Positions 7,652 through 16,480 of a stretch of 51,712 bases of DNA are shown piece after piece. The position numbers and the translations under genes were made by a program. The notes under the pieces were generated by a model, which saw only the letters and a program-made list of their open reading frames with translations, was not told the DNA's origin and searched no databases. Each line of letters begins with the position of its first letter. The first letter of the stretch is position 1. The stretch is from a virus (taxonomy: Duplodnaviria > Caudoviricetes), in the IMG/VR virus record IMGVR_UViG_3300012944_000010, positions 1 through 51,712 of that record; one strand, written 5' to 3'.

Positions 7652-7722
7652 CGACCTGTGGCCGAGTGGTTAGGCACACGACCGATAATCGTGCAACGGT
7701 GGTTCGAGTCCATCCGGGTCGA
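7652..7722 (+). tRNA. tRNA-Ile(GAU), atypical
   Basis: CGACCTG/CGGGTCG acceptor stem, CACGA-CCGATAA-TCGTG anticodon arm (C33), GGTTCGAGTCC; no encoded CCA. Confidence 0.8.
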
Positions 7723-7742
7723 CTTCAACATAGGAGGAACTC

Positions 7743-8210
7743 ATGATTGAGACGGGCATTCTAGTCGTTGGACTAGTTGCCTTATCTGCATTACTGGTAT
7801 TTGTTCAAGACAAGTGGATCACTACTCGCTTATGGCGAGCATACTTTTGGAAGGACGTTCCAAGAATGGATGTCCGGGCAGAAGAATACGTATGGGAAAA
7901 AGTAGCTGATGCAGCTCTAAATGTTATTGACACCAAGTATCTCGAAGGAGAGATATGCAGTGAACAACGTTTAGCTATGCTTCATAAGCTACGCAAATCA
8001 CCTGGACTAGGCTTTCAGTTTAGTCCACGTAACATTCAACTCAGATTAAAGGAGGTGATCCGTGAGCGGATAGGAACACATACTGCGCTTAAGTTCCCTG
8101 ATCCAGGGCCATATGCGCTAGCCTACTCATCCCAGCTTGGTGATAGGTGCACACCAGTAATCGTAACCTTACGCATGAGGACAGGCAAATGGGCCATGAA
8201 GCGGCCATAG
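7743..8210 (+). CDS. Membrane-anchored hypothetical protein
   Basis: AGGAGG SD; N-terminal hydrophobic helix. Confidence 0.75.
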   Translation: MIETGILVVGLVALSALLVFVQDKWITTRLWRAYFWKDVPRMDVRAEEYVWEKVADAALNVIDTKYLEGEICSEQRLAMLHKLRKSPGLGFQFSPRNIQLRLKEVIRERIGTHTALKFPDPGPYALAYSSQLGDRCTPVIVTLRMRTGKWAMKRP

Positions 8211-9562
8211 TACAACGAATCGAGGGAAAGACGATCGACGACAAGTACCTCGAACTTGTTGCTACTGAATATGGCGAATACATCGTCTATATTGATGTGA
8301 ATGCCGAGGGGATAAACGCCATTCACATGGACGGCGGCGAAGAACAGTCTCTGCAGAATATCAAAGATACAATGGCAGAAACTACTGCGCCATTCTTCTT
8401 GGCATTCGGCAAAGGTTGCGCCGAAGAAGACCGATTACCATTCTTAATCATGCAGTTGGACAACACAACTCCACTGTGTGCGATCCTGATCGAAGGTAAC
8501 TTCGCTGGCTTCGGCGAGATGGAGTCATCCCATCCGGATGAGTGGTATGTCAGCCAACAATACCTACTACCCAAGATCACTCGCTTAGCCAAGGACTACG
8601 ACGAAAACCAGGCTAAGATCGTTGAGTACCTGAGCGACTCGTTCAATCAGAACGAAATGCTGAAAAGCATCTGTCCTCTCCCAGGCGCTCGATGTGAAAT
8701 ACTGTTCATTTTCGGCAATGGACAGACTGTGAACATGGTTAAAGGTGATCTTCATAAACGATTTGACTGGGGGGAAGTTTCCAGCGCATTATCTTACAAC
8801 CCTGCCGGTCAGTCTACTGTTCTAAAGAAGATCACAGGGAGTTTGGCAAGGGGCACACGAACAGCTCCAATCATTACAGCCAAGCCCAACGAACCTGATG
8901 GCAAGAAACCAGATACAGCAATAGCGGCTGCCATCATAAAGGCTGATGCGAAGAGCGACGATGATCGTCCTTACATCTTGCCACCAGGCAGACGTTGTGA
9001 GTCAGCCAAAAACCTGGGCGAATTCTACGATCACAATTGTGGTTATCGTCCAGAAGGTTGGGAAGATGGCATCAGCGGAAAGGCTTTGAGCAACGCTAAA
9101 GCCAAGCCTGCCAGGGTGAAAAAAGCCCTGTGGGAAGACACAGTAAGATACGCTAATGCTGTGTCTAAGGGTACGTTCTTGGAAGTGAAGGACGACAAGG
9201 GCGGCAAAGCACCGTCCAAGGTCGATCCTCCGGCACAACCTAACCGCATGGTGCTGTTGGCTACGGAGCGTGAAGCCGTCGAGAAGGTGTTCAAGCCGAA
9301 GCTGATCAAGGCCACCATCGATGACGGCAGCAATCTCGTTGCTGACCCAGTGCAGTTGGCTGAGGATTTGAAAAACAATCCTCTGTTCACGCAGATGGTC
9401 GGCTTCAAAGAGGGGTTGGATGAGTTCGAGAAATACTCGTCCGAGGCGTTCTTGCTACTATGCAAAACAGAACCGAAGGCCGCGGCGTTGCTGTTATCGC
9501 AGTACCGCTTGGACCGCTGGGTTAATAAGAAATCCGGCGCTGTGGCCAAGGTTGCTATCTGA
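8189..9562 (+). CDS. Hypothetical protein; N-terminal half weakly resembles a degenerate class II glutamine amidotransferase fold
   Basis: Long ORF; GAGGA SD before ATG 8189; no N-terminal catalytic Cys; next to a GGCT-like gene. Confidence 0.6.
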   Translation: MGHEAAIVQRIEGKTIDDKYLELVATEYGEYIVYIDVNAEGINAIHMDGGEEQSLQNIKDTMAETTAPFFLAFGKGCAEEDRLPFLIMQLDNTTPLCAILIEGNFAGFGEMESSHPDEWYVSQQYLLPKITRLAKDYDENQAKIVEYLSDSFNQNEMLKSICPLPGARCEILFIFGNGQTVNMVKGDLHKRFDWGEVSSALSYNPAGQSTVLKKITGSLARGTRTAPIITAKPNEPDGKKPDTAIAAAIIKADAKSDDDRPYILPPGRRCESAKNLGEFYDHNCGYRPEGWEDGISGKALSNAKAKPARVKKALWEDTVRYANAVSKGTFLEVKDDKGGKAPSKVDPPAQPNRMVLLATEREAVEKVFKPKLIKATIDDGSNLVADPVQLAEDLKNNPLFTQMVGFKEGLDEFEKYSSEAFLLLCKTEPKAAALLLSQYRLDRWVNKKSGAVAKVAI

Positions 9563-9686
9563 TTCCCACCTCAGCATAGTCAGATAGCGCGTAACGGTTG
9601 TAAGACGTTACGCAAGCAGGGATATCGACGGAGACGTGCCGCGTCTGATCCTTGTCTATTTACTTAGACAATTTACGGAGAGTTAG

Positions 9687-10376
9687 ATGAAGAACTTGCT
9701 TTCAAATATCAGGGAGCAGTATAGCGTCTACAAAGCAAAAAGAATGCTCAATAAATTGAGCGTTAACTACAAACTGCCAGGGAGTGATGTGTATCACACA
9801 CCTGATGCTCCTGAAGTGGAAGCAAGAGAGTTTCATCTTGTCTTAATTTATGATGAGATGATGTTACATAGACCTGAGCATAGCAAGATCGAATACTATG
9901 TACAGGAACACGCAGGTAGAGGAACAACACGAGCTAATGTGGAAGCATGGATACATGAGCCGACTAATAAAGTCTTGGCTTTTCCTGCATTTCACAAACA
10001 AATCAAACCTGTGTGGATGGATCAGAATGGAGCTAATCCAGCTCCCATCAAAGGCGATCTGTTCAAAATTCGTTCAGATGCTCTTTTTATTCTTGACAAA
10101 CTGATGGAGAATACGGTATGGTATAACCGCTTTGAAGTGAATACAGTCTCCTGGTTAAGGAAGAACTATTACTCTCACTTACATAGCCGAACCCATACCA
10201 CACAAGAGAACCCTCAATATCGTAAGGCTTGGATTTATCTCGCTAATCCTCAGAAAGCGAATTTGATTTCAAGTTACGATGGTTGGCGTCCTTTACCTAT
10301 GTGGCCTCCTCGTAAACGCGAAAAGGGGAGTTGTGTATATTTTCATTCATATAGAGGTGAATCATCAGCCGCCTAA
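9687..10376 (+). CDS. Divergent gamma-glutamylcyclotransferase (AIG2/GGCT)-like protein
   Basis: LVLIYDEMM...IKGDLFKI...LFILDKLME...Y.R..V...AWIY follows the GGCT motif order. Confidence 0.6.
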   Translation: MKNLLSNIREQYSVYKAKRMLNKLSVNYKLPGSDVYHTPDAPEVEAREFHLVLIYDEMMLHRPEHSKIEYYVQEHAGRGTTRANVEAWIHEPTNKVLAFPAFHKQIKPVWMDQNGANPAPIKGDLFKIRSDALFILDKLMENTVWYNRFEVNTVSWLRKNYYSHLHSRTHTTQENPQYRKAWIYLANPQKANLISSYDGWRPLPMWPPRKREKGSCVYFHSYRGESSAA

Positions 10377-11935
10377 TAGAAGCACATCTTCCGTGTCCAT
10401 CATGTCCATCCTCCGACGCGTACTCCACGTGGGACGATGGGCACGGATTTTGTTTTAGTTGTAATACTTATTTTCCTGCTGATAATAAGATTTCATTAGA
10501 ATATACTTACGAGTATTTACCATGGCGAGGAGTACGAGATGAGAGCTTCAGATACTATAATGCTCGTACTCGTATCGGGCCTGATGGTTGTCCCGTTGAT
10601 ATTTTATACCCTTATTCTAATGGTGCAATTAAACACCGTAAAATCTTGGATAAAGAATTTTGGACGGAAGGTACTCCGTCTGGTCTGTTCGGTATGGACA
10701 AGTTTGATCCGGGGTCGTCGAAGACGATCACCATAACAGAAGGAGAGTTAGATGCTGTATCGCTTTGGCAGGTTAATCATACGCCTGTGGTTAGTGTCAG
10801 CTCAGCTGCTAGCAGTCTACGTGATTGCACAGTGGCTAGGGATTGGTTACTTAGCTTCGAGCGCATCATCCTTGCCTTCGACAGTGACCCAGCCGGTCGA
10901 GAAGCTGTCCGAAGGGTGGCACAGCTTTTTGAATTTGGTCGGGTGTACGACCTCAAACTAAACAAACACAAGGATGCCAATGCGTACGTCGAAGCTGGTG
11001 AGGAGAATGAACTTAAAACGGCATGGTATAACTGTAAGAAGTACGTGCCCGATAACTTCATTACTTCACTATCGGATTTCTCTGCGCTCCTTTCCGAGGA
11101 ACCCCACTTCGGCGTACCATATCCTTTCCCTACGTTAACGGAGATGACGTATGGAATTAGACCAGGAGAAATCGTCCTCATCACTGCTCAGGAAGGAGTA
11201 GGTAAAACTTCCTTACTCCACACCATCGAGCACAAACTTCTTAAGGAGACCACTGCCAATGTCGGATGTATCTACCCAGAGGAAACCCCTCGACGACATC
11301 TCGAAGCCATCCTTGGTATCGAGCTTGGAACGCCTATCCATCTTCCGGGACACAATATTACAGGGATTGAAAGATCTCTGGCATTGGAGAAACTTCTGGA
11401 GAAAGATGGCAGGTTACTCTTGTACCATTACAGCGGCGGAGGTGATCCGGATCTTTTTCTGGACGCAATCCGATTTATGGTGGCTGGCGCTCTGTGCAAG
11501 TTTGTCTGTTTTGACCTTGTCGGCATGGTCATCGGCGACAGTGGAACGGATGATCGGAAAGCCATAGATTACTTTATGACTCGGCTAGGGATGATGGCTG
11601 TTGAGCTAGATTTTGCAGCCATCATAACGAGCCATGTCAACGATCAAGGCCAAACACGAGGATCACGCTATGTCGGCAAGGCAGCCAGTACTCGCATTGA
11701 TCTTGAACGAAATCTGTCAGCTGGAGCTACTAGAACAATTCTCACCATCAATAAGAACCGATATGCTTCACGCACTGGATACGCTGGAACTATCGAGTTT
11801 GATCCGCTTACATACACATTTAAAGAGATACCGAAAACACAGCTCGACACAGAGTTTAACATTGAATTTTCTAAACTTGTTAAAGGACTTGTAGTTAATG
11901 GAGATAAAAGTAGTACATCGCAGATGGCGATATAG
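10364..11935 (+). CDS. T7 gp4-like primase-helicase (Zn ribbon + TOPRIM + SF4 helicase)
   Basis: In-frame extension upstream of the tracked ORF encodes HLPCPSCPSSDA...DGHGFCFSC; ITEGELDA, FDSDPAG and AQEGVGKT motifs. Confidence 0.92.
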   Translation: MSRLIEAHLPCPSCPSSDAYSTWDDGHGFCFSCNTYFPADNKISLEYTYEYLPWRGVRDESFRYYNARTRIGPDGCPVDILYPYSNGAIKHRKILDKEFWTEGTPSGLFGMDKFDPGSSKTITITEGELDAVSLWQVNHTPVVSVSSAASSLRDCTVARDWLLSFERIILAFDSDPAGREAVRRVAQLFEFGRVYDLKLNKHKDANAYVEAGEENELKTAWYNCKKYVPDNFITSLSDFSALLSEEPHFGVPYPFPTLTEMTYGIRPGEIVLITAQEGVGKTSLLHTIEHKLLKETTANVGCIYPEETPRRHLEAILGIELGTPIHLPGHNITGIERSLALEKLLEKDGRLLLYHYSGGGDPDLFLDAIRFMVAGALCKFVCFDLVGMVIGDSGTDDRKAIDYFMTRLGMMAVELDFAAIITSHVNDQGQTRGSRYVGKAASTRIDLERNLSAGATRTILTINKNRYASRTGYAGTIEFDPLTYTFKEIPKTQLDTEFNIEFSKLVKGLVVNGDKSSTSQMAI

Positions 11936-12092
11936 ATCACGTGAAGGATTAGTTTTGATAGTTACCCAAGAATACAAACGAGTAATTAAATTAATAACCG
12001 CAGCTAATCTAATTAAGTTTAAACATAAAATATGCAAATTATCTAGGAATGACGGCAGTCCCTATGATGAGGTGGAGATAAAAATAAAATGA
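11898..12092 (+). CDS. Small basic hypothetical protein
   Basis: AAGGA SD; ATGA overlap with ung. Confidence 0.45.
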   Translation: MEIKVVHRRWRYRSREGLVLIVTQEYKRVIKLITAANLIKFKHKICKLSRNDGSPYDEVEIKIK

Positions 12093-12772
12093 CTAAAGAT
12101 TTCACCTGGGATCAATTAAACTATTGGCAATCCGGTGAGTGGCAAGTAGTACAGGAGCGACTTGATGATAGGGATAAACGTGTTGAACTATATAATCCTA
12201 GTCGTGAGCTTATGTTTTCTGCACTGGATGCTACGCCCTACGCTACGACAAAAGTGGCCGTTATTGGACAAGATCCTTATCCCGATAGACATTGCGCTTG
12301 TGGTATTGCTTTTAGCGTACCTAATGGAACTATTCCAGCGGGAGTTATGATCCCACCCACGCTGGATAATATTTTTAAGGAATACGTTAATGACTTGCAC
12401 TACCCCTACCCAACACGAACCGATCTTCTCCCATGGGCAAGTAAGGGTGTGCTCTTGTGGAATGCTATACCGAGTTGCGGATGGCGAAAGTCCATGTCCC
12501 ATGATTGGCCAGAGTGGGAACCTCTTACCAGAGAAATCATTGCGAGACTCAGTCTCAAACGAGACATCGTCTTTGCGTTCATGGGTGGTGTTGCTAGGAG
12601 ACATACTGGGTTTGTCAACACCACACACAATACTGTTTTGGAGACTAGTCACCCTGTGCCTAGGGCTAATATTCGTAGTACTCAGCCTTTCGTTGGTTCT
12701 AGGATATTCACTAGGATCAATGATGCATTAGTTCAAACACATAGAAAGGAGCCAGTCGACTGGAGATTATAA
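12089..12772 (+). CDS. ung: Uracil-DNA glycosylase, family 1
   Basis: KVAVIGQDPYP, GIAFSV, PPTLDNIFKE, GVLLWN, SHP motifs. Confidence 0.93.
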   Translation: MTKDFTWDQLNYWQSGEWQVVQERLDDRDKRVELYNPSRELMFSALDATPYATTKVAVIGQDPYPDRHCACGIAFSVPNGTIPAGVMIPPTLDNIFKEYVNDLHYPYPTRTDLLPWASKGVLLWNAIPSCGWRKSMSHDWPEWEPLTREIIARLSLKRDIVFAFMGGVARRHTGFVNTTHNTVLETSHPVPRANIRSTQPFVGSRIFTRINDALVQTHRKEPVDWRL

Positions 12773-12978
12773 TGCCTAGAACCAATCCATATTATCTTTG
12801 GTCTAAATTAGGACGTTTAATTAATAGATTAGAATGTCTCGAAGATGATTTAGATACTAAATTCTCAAGAAAGAATTATGATACTGAACGTGTTCAGATA
12901 ATCTCAGCTATTCGTGTATTAAAAGCCGCAAGGCATTTGTTTAATTTAAAACGGAGCAATCCAGATGAAGGAGGGTAA
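12772..12978 (+). CDS. Hypothetical protein, 68 aa
   Basis: TAATG coupling, GGAG SD. Confidence 0.6.
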   Translation: MPRTNPYYLWSKLGRLINRLECLEDDLDTKFSRKNYDTERVQIISAIRVLKAARHLFNLKRSNPDEGG

Positions 12979-12980
12979 AC

Positions 12981-13322
12981 ATGAGGTCGTTTCTGTCCAC
13001 GTTTATGATTTGCATATCGGTCCTCGTGGTGGGGTGCTCTTCCTCCCACTCGGAAACACTATGCTTCTCTTCAAGAAAAGAAGCCGCGATCCAGAACCCA
13101 CAGAAGCAGATCTTTTACACTACTGTGGGAAAACATCAAGATCATCAGGATCTGAAGAAGGCTGGACCGATTGGGAGTAAATGCTGGCATGCACATAAAG
13201 ATTGGACTCCATTAAATCTTATGCCAACACATCTTCCTAAGAAAGATAACTATCTTTCTAGTCAAGAATATTTCTGGCCTCTTGGTCCAGAGGAGAAAAC
13301 TGATGTCCATCATAGATTTTGA
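12981..13322 (+). CDS. Putative exported or lipoprotein-like protein
   Basis: GGAGGG SD; signal-like N-terminus ending VVGC. Confidence 0.5.
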   Translation: MRSFLSTFMICISVLVVGCSSSHSETLCFSSRKEAAIQNPQKQIFYTTVGKHQDHQDLKKAGPIGSKCWHAHKDWTPLNLMPTHLPKKDNYLSSQEYFWPLGPEEKTDVHHRF

Positions 13323-13758
13323 GGATGAGGAGAGAAAAAGAAGAGCTGTGGAGTATCCTAAGCTTAGGTTATTACAAGGGGGCAAAGAGCCTCCTTCTTC
13401 GTATAAGGGCTATTGGTTAAAGGATCTGGAAGAACATGCAGTATTTATAGCTAGAGAGAAGAAGAGTCCTGCTCGTTGGATTGCCTCTGAATATCATATT
13501 ATATTCAAGGCAGGTGATGCTGTTAAGGTAGCACTCCGTCAATGGGATCCTGAGAAAGGAAGAGAACGAATTCATTATAGTTGGATTGCAGGTCCTGAGT
13601 TCTGTCAGGATTGGGAATGTATTGAAGTATTAGACGATGGGAAAAGTTATAGGACCGATAACGAGGATGGATTGGGAGCAGATGAAGTATCTGAAGGCGG
13701 TGACAGAGTGGACGAGCCGACAGGACCAGAGATTTTACGCGGAGACCTTGTCGATTGA
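13303..13758 (+). CDS. Hypothetical protein
   Basis: GAGGAG SD before ATG 13303. Confidence 0.7.
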   Translation: MSIIDFEDEERKRRAVEYPKLRLLQGGKEPPSSYKGYWLKDLEEHAVFIAREKKSPARWIASEYHIIFKAGDAVKVALRQWDPEKGRERIHYSWIAGPEFCQDWECIEVLDDGKSYRTDNEDGLGADEVSEGGDRVDEPTGPEILRGDLVD

Positions 13759-13800
13759 AAGGGCTCTATTAAAAAAGTTGAAGGCTAAGTACGATTTTAC

Positions 13801-13829
13801 TTGACAAATAGAAAAAAAGAGAGTATTTT
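13801..13829 (+). promoter_or_regulatory. sigma70-type promoter upstream of the AAA/vWA/polA block
   Basis: TTGACA-17 nt-TATTTT in an intergenic position. Confidence 0.55.
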
Positions 13830-14003
13830 AGTTAGACATCCACGAAGTGGTGTAGGAGATATATGTGTTTAAGAGTAAATACCTAGATAAAGATGTATTT
13901 GTTCAGCAATATCTGCTCAGCAGAACTTCCCATAAGAAGAGTGGATTAGAATTGCTTAAAGAAGCTTCTGAAATATGGGAAAGTATCAACACGAGAAGCT
14001 ACG

Positions 14004-15008
14004 ATGTCAAGAAAGACTAGAAACAGAACAGGAATAGTGCGTATGGGTTCCTTCGGAGAGTTAGAACAGAAGATCAAAGAGATGGAAGAACCAGTGCATA
14101 CACAGTTTGTAGAGACGTTGGAGGAAGCTAAGAATTCTTCTATAAGTGATGTTGTTAAGTCTCTTACAGAAGCATTAGCTTCGTTTCTCAACAGAGACCA
14201 AGTAAGAGACTTAGTACAGAAAGAGATATACGATTTCAAATGTACTCACACTATAGAGCTTAAGAAGGACGGAGATGTAGTAACCCTTCCAGACGAGATA
14301 AGACACTACCTCTTCCCAGAGGTACTCCAGACAGTAGACTTATCAATACCAGCAGCATTAATCGGACCAGCTGGTAGTGGTAAGTCCACTCTATGTGAAC
14401 AGATAGCTTCTGCTCTAAAGCTTAAGTTCCACTTACAGAATGGAGTAACAGGAACCCATGAACTCACTGGCTATGTTGATGCCCATGGACGGTATGTGGG
14501 TACACCTTTCCGTTCTGCTTTCGAGCATGGCGGCCTCATTCTTATCGATGAGGTGGATACTTCTGAGGCTGGGGCACTCAAGTGGGTCAACACCGCATTG
14601 GCCAACGGTCATGCTGCTTTCCCTGATAAATGCGATCCTGTGGTACGCCATAATGATTTTCGCATCATCATTGCTGCAAATACCTGGGGCTCAGGAGCTG
14701 ATCGACTCTATGTCGGAGCTAATCAAATCGATGCTTCCACCTTAGACCGTTTCGTATTCTTCAACTTCCTCTATGATGAGAAGTTAGAAGAACTCGTAGC
14801 AGGAGATCCTTCGTGGGTTAAGAAGGTACAGAAGTACCGTAGAGCAGCAGATCAAGAGAAAGTACGTATTGTTATCTCCCCTCGTGCATCTATCCACGGT
14901 GCTAAACTAATCAAGATTGGTTGGAAACCATCTGTAGTGGAAGATAGGATCATATGGAAGGGAATAGACAAAGACCTGAAGGAACGCATTCTGAAAAGAG
15001 CCGCGTAA
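14004..15008 (+). CDS. CobS/MoxR-like AAA+ ATPase
   Basis: Walker A GPAGSGKS, Walker B ILIDEVD, IIAANT, DASTLDRF, ISPRAS. Confidence 0.9.
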   Translation: MSRKTRNRTGIVRMGSFGELEQKIKEMEEPVHTQFVETLEEAKNSSISDVVKSLTEALASFLNRDQVRDLVQKEIYDFKCTHTIELKKDGDVVTLPDEIRHYLFPEVLQTVDLSIPAALIGPAGSGKSTLCEQIASALKLKFHLQNGVTGTHELTGYVDAHGRYVGTPFRSAFEHGGLILIDEVDTSEAGALKWVNTALANGHAAFPDKCDPVVRHNDFRIIIAANTWGSGADRLYVGANQIDASTLDRFVFFNFLYDEKLEELVAGDPSWVKKVQKYRRAADQEKVRIVISPRASIHGAKLIKIGWKPSVVEDRIIWKGIDKDLKERILKRAA

Positions 15009-15059
15009 GGTTTAATTGTATAGGTCCAACCCATTGCGCTGATATAGGATCAGATCAGT

Positions 15060-16070
15060 GTGAGTATTGTGAGTGGGTACATGAGCGAAAGAATTCTGAA
15101 AGTAGAAGGGGATGCAAGAGAGATAGAATTAATCCTCCCACCTCCTAAAGAAGAACACACTAAAGTCTTCAGAGGATACTGGTCTTCCCCAGAAGCTCTA
15201 TCCAGAGAGATACGTAAGTGGGATAAGAAAGAAGCATGGTCTGACTCAGGATGGGAAACAGGCAATAGAGCCTGGTATGGTACAACCAGTATGGATGGAG
15301 CTATTAGTTTAGCTTTAGAAGGATGGCCGGAAGGCGCTGAGAAAGCATCTCGTCTGCAGAATAGGATACGTGCGAATAATCCTATTATGCTGAAGAGAAA
15401 GCTGTTCTCGGTAGCAGGAGCATCACCAGATGTACCTCGTGCAATCAGTGGCAATCCTCTTAATATGCGTATACCTGACGTGTCTAAAGCGTCCAGGAGA
15501 GTTGTCATCACATTACTATCCGATATTAGTGCTCACTGTGGGCATGATGGTGATGAGTTTATCAATAGAGCTGCTGTCGTGGCTGCTGTGGTGGATGAGA
15601 TAGAAGCATCTGGCTATGCGTGTGATGTAATAACCTACTGCAATTCAGAAGGTGGAGGTTGGGGAGATGGTAGTAGTAGTTTCAACTACTGTACTTCCAT
15701 CCAAGTGAAGAACTCAAACCAACCTGTAGATATTTCCAGACTAGCATTCGGACTAGGACACACATCCTTCTTTCGTCGTATGATCTTCGCAGAGAAAGGA
15801 TATCACCAATATTGCAAAGATCTTGGAACAGGATTAGGACACAGTACCTATTTTGATCAGAAAGGTCTTGCAGAGAGGAACATCTTTGTGATACCATCAA
15901 TCAACAATGCTAAAGGAGCATTCTCTACAGAAGAGAAAGCGGAGACAGAAGGTGTCAAGTACATCATCGAAGATCTCAAGAAACAAGGTTTCCCATTATT
16001 TGAGGTTGATGAGTTCATCCCTCAAACAGTACCTCTTACGAAAGACAGAACTATTAGAAAGGCAGCGTAG
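15060..16070 (+). CDS. vWA-like partner of the AAA ATPase
   Basis: GASPDVPRAISGNP and VVITLLSDISAHC (degenerate MIDAS); directly downstream of the ATPase. Confidence 0.7.
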   Translation: MSIVSGYMSERILKVEGDAREIELILPPPKEEHTKVFRGYWSSPEALSREIRKWDKKEAWSDSGWETGNRAWYGTTSMDGAISLALEGWPEGAEKASRLQNRIRANNPIMLKRKLFSVAGASPDVPRAISGNPLNMRIPDVSKASRRVVITLLSDISAHCGHDGDEFINRAAVVAAVVDEIEASGYACDVITYCNSEGGGWGDGSSSFNYCTSIQVKNSNQPVDISRLAFGLGHTSFFRRMIFAEKGYHQYCKDLGTGLGHSTYFDQKGLAERNIFVIPSINNAKGAFSTEEKAETEGVKYIIEDLKKQGFPLFEVDEFIPQTVPLTKDRTIRKAA

Positions 16071-16071
16071 C

Positions 16072-16365
16072 ATGTTCATGAATTCAGAAACTTTAAAGAA
16101 GGCAGGGATTGAATTACAGCCTTCTCCTGCTGACGCAGTGTCAATTCTCTGTCATCCCGAGGATGGAACATTCTTCCTATTGGTTACTCGTAAAGGAAAG
16201 TTACCTACAGAAGCGAAGAAGGTTATGTGTGATGACATCGAAACTACTATTGAGTTTATACGAGGATTCTTTCCTCCTGCGACTGTGCCAACAGTCACCT
16301 TCAAAAATTCCCCGGAAAATTTTGAGGTTAGACAGGAAATTGGCTTTTTGAATAAAGCCGCATGA
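16072..16365 (+). CDS. Hypothetical protein, about 97 aa
   Basis: Starts just after the upstream stop; ends NKAA. Confidence 0.65.
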   Translation: MFMNSETLKKAGIELQPSPADAVSILCHPEDGTFFLLVTRKGKLPTEAKKVMCDDIETTIEFIRGFFPPATVPTVTFKNSPENFEVRQEIGFLNKAA

Positions 16366-16480
16366 TTAAGCTTTCTGTAGGAGACAAAATCTCTGTTTTA
16401 GGAAAAGAATACACAGTCACTCAAGACATGTGCTTCGCAGACATGTACTCACTTGAACAGTGGGTTAAACAAATGCGTGC

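Noticed and set aside
7400-7673. ORFs 7400..7612 (-) and 7437..7673 (+)
   Set aside because: They overlap the tRNA genes and are shadow ORFs
10094-10128. Promoter TTGACA...TATGGT/TATAAC inside the GGCT-like gene
   Set aside because: Spacing to the better -10 is wrong and the alternative -10 is weak
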